From positions 14,050 through 78,049 of the forward strand of contig CAUPRL010000014.1 of the NCBI GenBank assembly GCA_963513695.1: DNA of 64,000 nucleotides. Direction: 5' to 3'. The position numbers and the translations under genes are program-made. The notes beneath the pieces are model-generated. The model saw only the letters and a program-made list of their open reading frames with translations. It did no database searches and was not told the DNA's origin. The DNA comes from an uncultured Flavobacterium sp. (GTDB lineage: Bacteria; Bacteroidota; Bacteroidia; Flavobacteriales; Flavobacteriaceae). Below are positions 47,500-57,400 of the stretch, piece by piece. Numbering within the stretch: the stretch's first letter is position 1; each line of letters starts with the position of its first letter.

Positions 47500-47532
47500 C
47501 AAAGCCCCATCAAAGCCCCATCAAAGCCCCAT
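47500..47532. repeat. Three perfect tandem copies of the 11-mer CAAAGCCCCAT
   Basis: Read directly from the sequence. It is intergenic and GC-rich relative to its flanks. Confidence 0.9.
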
Positions 47533-47724
47533 ATAGAGTATGAAAATAGGCAATACTCCCTCTGGCAGTATTTAGCATCAAAAACTGACAAAAAAATCAC
47601 CATTTTTTTTCATCCCATTCGGTTTTTAAAATAAAATTCTGTTGGAGTATTTTCAATTCAAAACATCCGACCCAAGGTCTCCATCTTTTCGAAATAGCAC
47701 CTGCTATACCCAAACAAATTTTAC

Positions 47725-47732
47725 TATATTTG
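47725..47732 (+). promoter_or_regulatory. Candidate -7 promoter box
   Basis: TATATTTG lies 20 nt upstream of the ATG at 47753. Confidence 0.5.
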
Positions 47733-47752
47733 CCGTCAAAAAAATTAAAATA

Positions 47753-48211
47753 ATGAAACACCTCGTAACAGCCCTACTAGCCTTAACCCTTTTTATTTCG
47801 TGTACTAAAGACAATAATTCGACTGTGGATTATACCGCAAAAAACGAACAAGAAATCAAGGATTATATCGCTAAAAACAATTTAACCGCTCAACGAAGCG
47901 CTACTGGATTGTATTATGTAATTAATAATCTTGGAACCGGAACACAACCTACTGCAAATTCGAATGTAACAGTAGCCTACAAAGGGTATTTTACCGACGG
48001 AAAAATATTCGATCAAAGTAGTGCCGCAGGCATTTCATTTGGATTGAACCAAGTGATCAAAGGTTGGACAGAAGGTATTCCATATTTTAAAACCGGTGGC
48101 AACGGCATACTTTTAGTTCCTGCTCATTTAGGATACGGAAGCACTGCAAATGGCCCAATTCCAGGCGGATCGGTACTTATTTTCGATGTGAAATTGATTG
48201 CTGTCAATTAA
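47753..48211 (+). CDS. FKBP-type peptidyl-prolyl cis-trans isomerase lipoprotein
   Basis: Lipobox LFISC-TKD. FKBP core: VAYKGYFTDGKIFDQS, VIKGWTEGI and LLVPAHLGYG. The track's TTG start at 47642 would run through the promoter, so I prefer the ATG at 47753. Confidence 0.85.
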   Translation: MKHLVTALLALTLFISCTKDNNSTVDYTAKNEQEIKDYIAKNNLTAQRSATGLYYVINNLGTGTQPTANSNVTVAYKGYFTDGKIFDQSSAAGISFGLNQVIKGWTEGIPYFKTGGNGILLVPAHLGYGSTANGPIPGGSVLIFDVKLIAVN

Positions 48212-48269
48212 AAAACCCAACCCGTTTTCCTTTTTTACAAAGTTACCTAGCAAAGTAAGAAAACACATA

Positions 48270-48307
48270 AACCACAATAGTAATAAAATTCTATTGTGGT
48301 TTTTTTA
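48270..48307 (+). terminator. Rho-independent terminator
   Basis: Perfect 11-bp stem AACCACAATAG / CTATTGTGGTT with a 10-nt loop, followed by T7. Confidence 0.85.
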
Positions 48308-48461
48308 TACTTATATTCGATCGCAGTTGAATAACATTGAAATAAAGATTCTTTTATCTTAAAAACATCCAATCAAAATATATTTTTATTAGTTTTATAC
48401 CATAAAACAATTTGATTGGCGAATTCAACAAAAATACCCTGCATTTAACTTGGAGCTTCAT

Positions 48462-49730
48462 ATGAATACTAAACCTATTTTTGAAGCAAAACCTATTTGC
48501 CTATTCCTCCTGCTACTTTTGTTTTCGCAACTCACTTTCTCGCAACAAGATACAATTGCAAAAGAAAAAAAGCGCCCTTTACGCTCTATTATTGATTTGT
48601 TTACCAAAGAAGATACTCTTAAAATTAGACTGCCTAAATCAAAGTCAAAAACCAAGTTAATAGCCTTCCCAACACTAGGATACCAACCCGCAAATGGTTT
48701 CACATTAGGATTCATAAGCCAATATAGTTTTAAAGAAAAAGAAAATAATAAAATATCATTAATTTCTGGAGGAGCTTCTTACAGTTCTGAACATCAATTA
48801 CTTACATACATTAAAAACAATATGTATCTCAATGATGACCGATACTTTTTTAGTGGCGACTTTCGCTATTATATTTTCTCCCAATCTAATTTTGGTTTGG
48901 GTACCGACATCGTTCCTTGGGGAGCTGCATTTCAGGATTTCGATTACAATACCATCGAACAACCTATGGAATATCATTACTTTAAGCTACACGAAACCAT
49001 TTCGTATAATATCTTTCCCTCCTTTTTTCTGGGCGCTGGAATTCATCTCGATAGTTATACAGAAATAAAGGATAAGAATTTAGACATCGCCAATAATAAG
49101 TACACCTATCATTATACTTATTCCAAAAAATACGGCTTCAATGATACTTTTTATTTAGTCAACGGACTGAGTATGAACTTGATTTATGACACAAGAGACA
49201 ACCTGATTAACACCAATAACGGTTTGTTTTTGAACTTAAATTACCGTTATAATCCACAAGTATTCAATTACCAAAAAAAAAGTTCCACTTTATTACTTGA
49301 ATCGAGATATTTCATTCCACTAAGCAAAACAATCAAACAACACGTGCTTTGCTTTTGGGCTTATGGCCAATTCTTGGTTAGCGGAAAATTACCTTATCTC
49401 AATTTACCTGCCATAGGTTGGGACCAAAATAGCCGGAGTGGAAAAGGCTATATTCAAGGCCTTTTCAGAGGAACAAACCTAATGTACTTCGAAAGTGAAT
49501 ACCGTTTCCCAATAACCAAAAATCAGATGGTTAGCGGAACCGTTTTTGCCAACGCCACAACTACAAGCTCGGCCGACAAAAACCTCCATTTATTCGAATC
49601 GGTTCAGCCAGCCATTGGCATCGGTTTGAGAGTGTTGTTGGACAAAAACACCCTGACGAATTTTATAATAAATTATGGTATGGGACGCAAATCAGACACT
49701 TTTTATTTCAATGATGGCGAAGGATTCTAA
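48462..49730 (+). CDS. Omp85/BamA-superfamily outer-membrane barrel without recognisable POTRA domains
   Basis: LIYDTRDNLINTNNGLF is the Bac_surface_Ag hallmark. The C-terminal residue is Phe. Only about 70 aa precede the barrel. I prefer ATG at 48462 over TTG at 48450. Confidence 0.6.
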   Translation: MNTKPIFEAKPICLFLLLLLFSQLTFSQQDTIAKEKKRPLRSIIDLFTKEDTLKIRLPKSKSKTKLIAFPTLGYQPANGFTLGFISQYSFKEKENNKISLISGGASYSSEHQLLTYIKNNMYLNDDRYFFSGDFRYYIFSQSNFGLGTDIVPWGAAFQDFDYNTIEQPMEYHYFKLHETISYNIFPSFFLGAGIHLDSYTEIKDKNLDIANNKYTYHYTYSKKYGFNDTFYLVNGLSMNLIYDTRDNLINTNNGLFLNLNYRYNPQVFNYQKKSSTLLLESRYFIPLSKTIKQHVLCFWAYGQFLVSGKLPYLNLPAIGWDQNSRSGKGYIQGLFRGTNLMYFESEYRFPITKNQMVSGTVFANATTTSSADKNLHLFESVQPAIGIGLRVLLDKNTLTNFIINYGMGRKSDTFYFNDGEGF

Positions 49731-49740
49731 AACAATTTTC

Positions 49741-49832
49741 TGGGCGTGACCCTTCGTAAAAACTACGGGTCGGGCTGTACGCTCCCGCTTTTTTTGAAAA
49801 CAAAAAAGAGCTCCACTACCATCCCTCACGCA
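49741..49832. repeat. GC-rich REP-like extragenic element between convergent genes
   Basis: The ends GGCGTGA... and ...TCACGC are inverted. Internal features are a GACCC/GGGTC pairing and a T7-GAAAAC-A6 hairpin. GC content is far above the flanks. Confidence 0.5.
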
Positions 49833-49842
49833 AAACAGCATA

Positions 49843-51393
49843 CTACCAGGCAATCGGCCGGTAATCTTTCAAAAACTTCCCACACCAATGCTTTCCTGTA
49901 TTGATGCCATCAAACAACGGATCCATTACTCGTGCAGCACCATCAACAATATCTAACGGCGGTTGAAAATCTTGTTCTTCCTGTTTTCTTTTGGCTAATT
50001 CGGCTGGATCTTCGTCGGTTACCCAACCCGTATCAACTGCATTCATAAAAATGCCGTCTTTAGCCAAAGTTCCTGCGGCTGTGTGTGTCAACATATTCAA
50101 AGCCGCTTTCGCCATATTCGTATGCGGATGACGGTCTTCTTTGAAATCACGGTAAAACTTCCCTTCCATCGCCGAAACATTGATAATGTGTTTTTTGCCA
50201 GTATTGTCTTTCTTCATCACTTCCGAAAGGCGATTGCACAACACAAAGGGCGCTACCGAATTAACCAATTGTACTTCAATCATTTCGGTGGTTTCAATTT
50301 GTCCCAATTTCAATCGCCAACTGTTTACTTTTCGCAAATCGACTTGTTGCAAATCAGCATCAAGTTCCCCTTCCGGAAAAACTTCTTTTGCTACTAATGC
50401 ATTATCAAACGAATAGGGAATCTGAGACAATTTGGCGGAAGCCCGCAAACCAATTCCAGGCTCAGGTCCGTGCCAAGTTACCGGCATATTTTCATTGGTC
50501 GAAAATCCCGTTGTCAACACTTTCAATTCATCCAAACAATTAGTATGATCTAATAATAATTCTTGAGCGGATTTAGGTAAAGAAGCAATCGACCGCTCTT
50601 CGTTTTCCATTAAATGGGTATAAAAACCCGCAGGTCGTCTTACGGTTTGCGCTGCATTATTAATGAGAATATCCAATCGCCCGTATTTTTGCTCAACAAA
50701 ATTGCAGAAGATTTCCACACTCGGAATGTGTCGCAAATCCAATCCATGAATTTTCAAGCGATGTCCCCAATCCATAAAATCATCCTCCTTAGCAAAGCGC
50801 AAAGCCGAATCCACCGGAAAACGAGTCGTGGCAATAACAGTAGCTCCTCCACGCAAAAGCATCAAAGTAATATGATATCCGATTTTCAATCTAGAACCGG
50901 TAATCACAGCTATTTGCCCATTGACATCAGCTGTCTGAAACCGCTTGGCATAATTATAATCGCCACAATCGGTACACATCGTATCGTAAAAATGATGCAT
51001 TTTGGTAAACTCCGTTTTGCACACATAACACTTTCTTGGCGTTTCGAATTCCCTTTGCTCTTTGTGTTCCAAATCGTGCGAAGCCAATAACTTTGGAGCT
51101 ACAAAAATACTTGCTTCTCTTGCCGAACGAATTCCCGTTTCTTTGCGAGCCGTTCGGTCTTTCTTTTCCTGTTTGCGTTTGGCTACTGCTTTGCCGTCTT
51201 TCTTTCTCTTTGCCAACTCCGCTCTGTCAGGACGTGAAAATTGCCCAGCAGCTTTGATTAAAGCGGTTCGTTGTTCCTTTGGAATCTCGAATATTTGATC
51301 AGTGTCTGTATTTAATTGTGCCAAAATAGCGATACATCGGTCAATCTCTTCCGAGCTTATAGCGTTATTTTTCTCTATTGTTGAAGTTTTCAT
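49843..51393 (-). CDS. Atypical SDR-family oxidoreductase with an N-terminal basic region and a Cys4-type finger
   Basis: Contains the Rossmann [11 protein letters not shown], plus LINNAAQ and NVSAMEG...MAKAAL. Upstream lies [31 protein letters not shown] prefer ATG at 51393 over TTG at 51459. Confidence 0.75.
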   Translation of the reverse strand: MKTSTIEKNNAISSEEIDRCIAILAQLNTDTDQIFEIPKEQRTALIKAAGQFSRPDRAELAKRKKDGKAVAKRKQEKKDRTARKETGIRSAREASIFVAPKLLASHDLEHKEQREFETPRKCYVCKTEFTKMHHFYDTMCTDCGDYNYAKRFQTADVNGQIAVITGSRLKIGYHITLMLLRGGATVIATTRFPVDSALRFAKEDDFMDWGHRLKIHGLDLRHIPSVEIFCNFVEQKYGRLDILINNAAQTVRRPAGFYTHLMENEERSIASLPKSAQELLLDHTNCLDELKVLTTGFSTNENMPVTWHGPEPGIGLRASAKLSQIPYSFDNALVAKEVFPEGELDADLQQVDLRKVNSWRLKLGQIETTEMIEVQLVNSVAPFVLCNRLSEVMKKDNTGKKHIINVSAMEGKFYRDFKEDRHPHTNMAKAALNMLTHTAAGTLAKDGIFMNAVDTGWVTDEDPAELAKRKQEEQDFQPPLDIVDGAARVMDPLFDGINTGKHWCGKFLKDYRPIAW

Positions 51394-51603
51394 CCTAAAA
51401 AAATCTTGTTCTAAATTCCAAGAGCGCAAATATAGTTTTAAATTTTGGGTACTATTCAATTTAGTATTTTAATAAAAGTTGTCTCAGGAAGATTCGCAAA
51501 CTAATCCCACAGTAGCGCCAAGTTTAGTTTTTAGTTTTCTAAAATTTAAATAATCTCTGTGTATCTTCGCATTTTCTATGTGAATCTTTGCGATATAATC
51601 TTT

Positions 51604-52410
51604 ATGCTATTCCAAATCAAATCCTATCTTAAATTCCTTTGGTATTCCAAAAACGAACACGCTGTGCATTCGCCTTTTGTGTTTAATTTGTTGACCAAAT
51701 GTGTTTATGACAAGAAAGCAAAACAGGACTTGAGCGGTAGCGAACAGGCGAAGCAATATCAAGTCTTAAAAAACTATCGAAATTCGCTTTTAGAAAATAG
51801 AAACACCATTGCAGTAACCGATTTTGGTGCGGGTTCCAAAGTTTTTAAATCAAATACTAGACAAATTAACAAGATTGCCAAAACTGCTGGGATTTCTCCA
51901 AAAAGAGCCGAATTATTGTTCCGAATCACGAATTATTTTCAACCAAAAAGAATTTTAGAATTAGGAACTTCTTTAGGATTGGCCACTTCTGCTTTAACTT
52001 TAGGAAACCCTAAAGCTAAAATTACGACATTGGAAGGCTGTCCTAATACAATGGCAATTGCAAAAAATCAATTGCAATTATTCAATTTTGAAAATGTGGA
52101 ATGTGTCACAACCGAATTTTCAGCATACTTTTCCACTTCCCACTTCCCACTTCCCACTACAGACCTCATTTATTTCGACGGCAACCATTCGAAAAACGCT
52201 ACTTTAGAGTATTTCGAGCTATTATTACCAACAATTGGCAATGATACGCTTTGGATTTTCGATGACATTCATTGGTCTACGGAAATGGAAGAAGCGTGGG
52301 AAATCATAAAAAACCATCCAAAAGTAACCGTAACTATCGACGCCTTTCAATGGGGATTGGTTTTCTTTAGAAGAGAACAGCCCAAAGAACATTTTGTAAT
52401 TCGAGTTTAA
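51604..52410 (+). CDS. Class I SAM-dependent (O-)methyltransferase
   Basis: Contains motif I ILELGTSLGLAT and an acidic loop IYFDGNH. I prefer ATG at 51604 over GTG at 51559. Confidence 0.75.
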   Translation: MLFQIKSYLKFLWYSKNEHAVHSPFVFNLLTKCVYDKKAKQDLSGSEQAKQYQVLKNYRNSLLENRNTIAVTDFGAGSKVFKSNTRQINKIAKTAGISPKRAELLFRITNYFQPKRILELGTSLGLATSALTLGNPKAKITTLEGCPNTMAIAKNQLQLFNFENVECVTTEFSAYFSTSHFPLPTTDLIYFDGNHSKNATLEYFELLLPTIGNDTLWIFDDIHWSTEMEEAWEIIKNHPKVTVTIDAFQWGLVFFRREQPKEHFVIRV

Positions 52411-52523
52411 TTTAAACACAAAGAACACAAAGATTTTCGCTAGGCTTCCAAAGGTTTCAAAATAATACAACTTGATTTTTTTATTGATAAGAAAATTGTA
52501 ACAATTTATAAAAACCAAACACT

Positions 52524-52531
52524 TATATTTG
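52524..52531 (+). promoter_or_regulatory. Candidate -7 promoter box
   Basis: TATATTTG lies 43 nt upstream of the ATG at 52575. Confidence 0.4.
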
Positions 52532-52574
52532 AAATTACTTTTCGTACTTTTAAAATCGCAAATAGGATATTCAA

Positions 52575-53258
52575 ATGAAGCCACTAATAAAAATATCAAA
52601 CATCAAACGAGATTTTGCTCTTGGAAACGAAATCGTTTATGTGTTAAAAGGAATTGATTTAGAAATAAAAAAAGGCGAGTATGTTGCTTTAATGGGACCA
52701 TCAGGTTCTGGAAAATCAACTTTGATGAACCTTTTAGGGTGTCTAGACACGCCTACTTCTGGAACTTACATTCTTAACGGCAAAGATGTAAGCCAGATGC
52801 AAGATGATGAATTGGCCGACATTCGGAACAAAGAAATTGGTTTTATTTTTCAAACCTTTAACCTTTTGCCTCGAACCACAGCGTTAGACAATGTAGCTTT
52901 GCCCATGATTTATGCAGGACATTCCAAATCGGAACGAACTACTCGTGCCACCGAGGTACTAAAACAAGTGAATCTTGCGGATAGAATGGACCATCAACCC
53001 AACCAACTTTCGGGAGGTCAACGCCAGCGTGTTGCTATTGCCAGAGCTTTGGTCAACAAGCCTTCGATTATTCTTGCCGATGAACCTACAGGAAACTTAG
53101 ACAGTAAAACTTCCGAAGAAATTATGGCGCTTTTAGAAGAAATTCACCAAAACGGCAACACCATAATTGTAGTAACCCACGAAGAAGACATAGCTGCTCA
53201 CGCCAAAAGAATCATCAGAATGCGTGACGGAATGATCGAAAGTGACAATGTAAAATAA
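52575..53258 (+). CDS. ABC transporter ATP-binding protein (MacB/LolD-type), with no adjacent permease gene
   Basis: Contains [28 protein letters not shown] and VTHE. Confidence 0.9.
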   Translation: MKPLIKISNIKRDFALGNEIVYVLKGIDLEIKKGEYVALMGPSGSGKSTLMNLLGCLDTPTSGTYILNGKDVSQMQDDELADIRNKEIGFIFQTFNLLPRTTALDNVALPMIYAGHSKSERTTRATEVLKQVNLADRMDHQPNQLSGGQRQRVAIARALVNKPSIILADEPTGNLDSKTSEEIMALLEEIHQNGNTIIVVTHEEDIAAHAKRIIRMRDGMIESDNVK

Positions 53259-53327
53259 TTTTAGAAGTCAGAAATTAGAAATACGAAGTTTATTGTAAAA
53301 CTTCTAACCTCTTTTTTTTCCTTAACT

Positions 53328-53354
53328 TCTAATTTCTAACCTCTAATTTCTAAC
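53328..53354. repeat. Direct repeat TCTAATTTCTAAC x2 (14-nt period), forming the right arm of a 20-bp inverted repeat
   Basis: The left arm TTAGAAGTCAGAAATTAGAA (53261-53280) pairs 18/20 with TTCTAATTTCTAACCTCTAA (53327-53346). Confidence 0.8.
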
Positions 53355-53359
53355 TTCAA

Positions 53360-53929
53360 ATGAAAATCTACACTAAAACCGGAGATAAAGGTACCACAGC
53401 ACTTTTTGGCGGAACACGCGTTCCTAAAGACCACATTCGCATCGAAAGTTACGGCACTGTGGACGAATTGAATTCCTACATTGGACTGATTCGTGACCAA
53501 GAAATAGCTTTGCATTACAAAAATATACTTATCGAAATTCAAGACCGATTGTTTACCGTTGGCGCCATTTTGGCCACTCCACCCGAAAAAGAAGTAATGA
53601 AAAACGGTGAATTGCGTTTGCAAAAATTAGGAATCGTAGAAACCGACATCGAATTACTCGAAAACGAAATCGACTCGATGGAAGAAGCACTTCCTCCAAT
53701 GACTCATTTCGTTTTACCCGGAGGACATACCACTGTGTCATATTGTCATATTGCCCGTTGTGTTTGCCGTCGTGCAGAACGACTTGCAGTTCATTTAGAC
53801 CATAACGAACCCATTCCTGTAATTGTTATCATGTACTTAAACCGACTTTCTGACTATCTTTTTGTCTTGGCACGAAAGTTGTCATTTGACCTGAAAGCGG
53901 AAGAAACAAAATGGATTCCGAGGAAATAG
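53360..53929 (+). CDS. PduO-type ATP:cob(I)alamin adenosyltransferase
   Basis: Has the hallmark N-terminus MKIYTKTGDKGTTALFGG. 189 aa. Confidence 0.9.
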   Translation: MKIYTKTGDKGTTALFGGTRVPKDHIRIESYGTVDELNSYIGLIRDQEIALHYKNILIEIQDRLFTVGAILATPPEKEVMKNGELRLQKLGIVETDIELLENEIDSMEEALPPMTHFVLPGGHTTVSYCHIARCVCRRAERLAVHLDHNEPIPVIVIMYLNRLSDYLFVLARKLSFDLKAEETKWIPRK

Positions 53930-54061
53930 CATTCAGTTTACAGTGGTCAGTTCGCAGTGAAAAACTGAACACTGAACACCTAATACTGACCACTAAAAAA
54001 GACGTTCTTAACTTTACTAAAAAATAAATAGTTTTTTACTTGTATTTTTCAGTAAAAAAAT

Positions 54062-54069
54062 TATTTTTG
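54062..54069 (+). promoter_or_regulatory. Candidate -7 promoter box
   Basis: TATTTTTG lies 22 nt upstream of the ATG at 54092. Confidence 0.45.
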
Positions 54070-54091
54070 CACAAAACTAAACAGACATAAG

Positions 54092-54313
54092 ATGTATTGG
54101 ACATTAGAATTAGCATCCTACCTAAGTGATGCGCCGTGGCCTGCTAACAAAGACGAACTTATCGACTATGCTATTAGAGCTGGAGCTCCATTAGAAGTAG
54201 TAGAAAACCTACAGTCAATAGAAGACGAAGGGGAAATATATGAGTCAATGGAAGAAATTTGGCCAGATTATCCTACTGACGAAGATTATCTTTGGAATGA
54301 GGACGAATATTAA
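54092..54313 (+). CDS. DUF2795-family small acidic protein
   Basis: 73 aa. The pattern ELASYLSDAPWPANKDELIDYAIRAGAPLEVVENLQ is present. Confidence 0.75.
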   Translation: MYWTLELASYLSDAPWPANKDELIDYAIRAGAPLEVVENLQSIEDEGEIYESMEEIWPDYPTDEDYLWNEDEY

Positions 54314-54330
54314 AAAAAATATCCCAAGAA

Positions 54331-54357
54331 AAAGTCTCGTATGAGGCTTTTTTTTTG
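54331..54357 (+). terminator. Rho-independent terminator
   Basis: AAAGTCTC-gtat-GAGGCTTT followed by T-run. Confidence 0.75.
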
Positions 54358-54442
54358 GTTAAATTTGCTCACTCTAATTAGTGAGTAACAGTAAATAAAT
54401 CAATTAAAAACAATCATTACAATTGCTATTTGAAATAATTTC

Positions 54443-54470
54443 AATTCGTAATTCGTAATTCGTAATTCGT
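54443..54470. repeat. Heptamer AATTCGT x4 ending 8 nt before the secA ATG
   Basis: Read directly from the sequence; the tandem copies are perfect. Confidence 0.9.
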
Positions 54471-54478
54471 AAATAAAA

Positions 54479-57400
54479 ATGAGTTTCATAAACAGCATTA
54501 TCAAAGCCTTTGTAGGAGATAAATCTCAAAAAGATGTCAAAGCTTTGCAACCTTATTTAGCCAAAATTAAAACTTTCGAAAGTGCTTTAGCAGCATTATC
54601 TAATGATGAATTGAGAGCTAGAACCACTTTTTTTAAAGACAAAATAAAACAAGCAAGAGCTGATAAAGACTCAAAAATCGCTTCGCTTAAACAAGAAGCA
54701 GAAAGCATAGAGGACATTGACAAAAGAGAAGATATCTATGTAGCCATCGATGCTTTAGAAAAAGAGGCTTACGAAATTTCAGAAAAAACCTTGATGGAAA
54801 TTCTTCCTGAAGCCTTTGCTGTGGTTAAAGAGACTGCCAAACGATTCAAAGAAAATACCGAAATAAAAGTAATCGCAACTCCTCAAGACAGGGAACTTTC
54901 GGCTACTAAAACGTATATTACCCTTGATGGAGATAACGCAATTTGGTCCAATTCCTGGAATGCCGCTGGAAAGCAAATCACCTGGGATATGATTCACTAT
55001 GACGTCCAATTGATTGGTGGAATGGTGTTGCACGAAGGTAAAATTGCCGAAATGCAAACTGGGGAAGGAAAAACATTAGTAGCCACTTTGCCTATTTACT
55101 TGAATGCTTTAACTGGAAACGGAGTGCATTTAGTAACCGTAAATGATTACTTAGCCAAACGTGATAGCACTTGGAAAGCACCTCTTTTTGAATTTCATGG
55201 CCTGACTGTAGATTGCATCGACAACCACCAACCCAATTCCGAAGGAAGAAAAAAAGCCTACAATGCCGACATTACTTATGGTACAAATAACGAATTTGGT
55301 TTCGATTATTTGAGAGACAATATGGCGCATTCGCCAGACGATTTAGTGCAACGCAAACACAATTATGCGATTGTCGACGAGGTCGATTCGGTTTTGATTG
55401 ATGACGCTAGAACGCCATTAATTATTTCTGGTCCAGTTCCGGAAGGTGATCGTCACGAATTCAATGAGTTGAAACCAAAAATCGAAAACTTGGTGGCGCT
55501 TCAACGTCAATTGGCAAATGGATTTCTTTCAGAATCCAAAAAATTAATCAAAGAAGGCAATACTAAAGATGGTGGTTTCTTATTATTGAGAGCCCACCGA
55601 AGTTTGCCAAAAAACAAAGCCTTAATCAAGTTTTTGAGTGAAGAAGGAATCAAACAATTGCTTCAAAAAACCGAAAACCAATATATGCAAGACAACAATC
55701 GCGAAATGCCTAAAGTGGACGAAGCCTTGTATTTTGTGATTGAAGAAAAAAACAATCAAGTAGAATTGACTGATAATGGAATTAAATTCCTTTCAGGTGA
55801 TACCGATAGTAATTTCTTCGTTTTACCAGACATTGGAACTGAAATTGCCATTATCGAAAAGAAAAATCTTGAGAAAGATAAAGAAGCTGAAGAAAAGGAA
55901 AAATTATTCCAAGATTTCGGTGTAAAAAGCGAACGTATTCATACTTTGACACAATTGCTTAAAGCCTACACGCTTTTCGAAAAAGATGTCGAATATGTAA
56001 TAATGGACAACAAAATTCTGATTGTCGATGAGCAAACTGGTCGTATTATGGACGGTCGTCGTTATTCTGACGGTTTACACCAAGCCATTGAAGCCAAAGA
56101 AAGTGTGAAAATCGAAGATGCAACTCAAACTTTTGCTACAGTAACCCTTCAAAATTATTTCAGAATGTACAGCAAATTAGCAGGTATGACTGGAACTGCT
56201 GTTACTGAAGCTGGTGAGTTATGGCAAATCTACAAATTGGATGTGGTAGAAATTCCTACCAACCGACCAATGGTTCGTAAAGACAAAGAAGATTTTATTT
56301 ATAAAACTACTCGCGAAAAATTCAATGCCGTAATCGAAGATGTAACTGAATTATCGAATGCCGGAAGACCGGTTTTAATTGGTACAACTTCTGTAGAGAT
56401 TTCGGAATTATTGAGCCGAATGCTAAAAATGCGTGGCATAACCCACAATGTTTTGAATGCGAAAATGCACAAACAAGAAGCTCAAATTGTGGAAGAAGCG
56501 GGTAAACCTGGTGTCGTAACTATCGCTACCAATATGGCTGGTCGTGGAACGGATATTAAACTTTCTGCCGAAGTGAAAGCTGCTGGAGGTTTAGCTATCG
56601 TTGGTACCGAACGTCACGATTCACGTCGTGTAGACCGTCAGTTGCGTGGTCGTGCAGGTCGTCAAGGAGATCCGGGAAGTTCTCAATTCTATGTTTCGCT
56701 TGAAGATAACTTGATGCGTTTATTTGGTTCCGAAAGAGTGGCCAAAGTAATGGACAGAATGGGATTGCAAGAAGGTGAAGTAATCCAACATTCGATGATG
56801 ACCAAATCTATCGAAAGAGCACAGAAAAAAGTCGAAGAAAACAACTTTGGAGTTCGTAAACGTTTGTTAGAATATGATGACGTTATGAATGCACAACGTG
56901 AAGTAGTTTACAAACGCCGTCGCCACGCTTTGCACGGAGAACGTTTGAAACTCGATATCACCAATATGTTGTATGATACTTGCGATTTAATCGTGACTGA
57001 CAATAAAGCGACCAATGATTTCAAGAATTTTGAATTCGAATTGATTCGTTATTTCTCTATCACTTCCCCGGTTTCTGAAAGTGATTTCAGTAAATTAACC
57101 GAAATCGAATTGACTGGAAAAGTGTACAAAGCGGCTATGACTTTTTATACCGAAAAAACAGAACGCAGCGCTAGAGAAGCATTTCCAATTATCAGCAATG
57201 TGTATTTAGATAAAAATAACCAATTCGAACGCATTATTGTTCCATTTACCGATGGAATAAAATCGTTAAATGTGGTAACTGATTTGAAAAAAGCATATGA
57301 AACCAACGGAAATCAGCTGGTTGCCGATTTTGAGAAAAACATCACTTTGGCTATTGTAGATGAAGCTTGGAAAAAGCATTTACGCAAAATGGACGAATTG

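Noticed and set aside
47500-47532. The short tandem repeats here, at 41791-41810 and at 54443-54470, considered as a degenerate CRISPR array.
   Set aside because: The units are 7-11 bp, directly abutting with no spacers, and no cas genes are present.
47642-47752. N-terminal extensions from TTG/GTG starts in the track (47642, 51459, 51559, 13716, 24127 and 48450).
   Set aside because: In each case an in-frame ATG a few codons downstream gives a normal signal peptide or N-terminus. In several cases the extension would run through a TAnnTTTG promoter box or the preceding intergenic structure.
52133-52158. Heptamer CCACTTC x3.7 inside the methyltransferase coding sequence, considered as a phase-variation tract.
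   Set aside because: Three to four copies are too few for efficient slipped-strand switching. The tract is in-frame (21 nt, STSHFPL), and nothing else marks the gene as a contingency locus.
53259-53359. A cobalamin riboswitch upstream of the PduO-type adenosyltransferase.
   Set aside because: The spacer is only about 100 nt and is fully accounted for by simple inverted and direct word repeats. I see no B12-box-like sequence.
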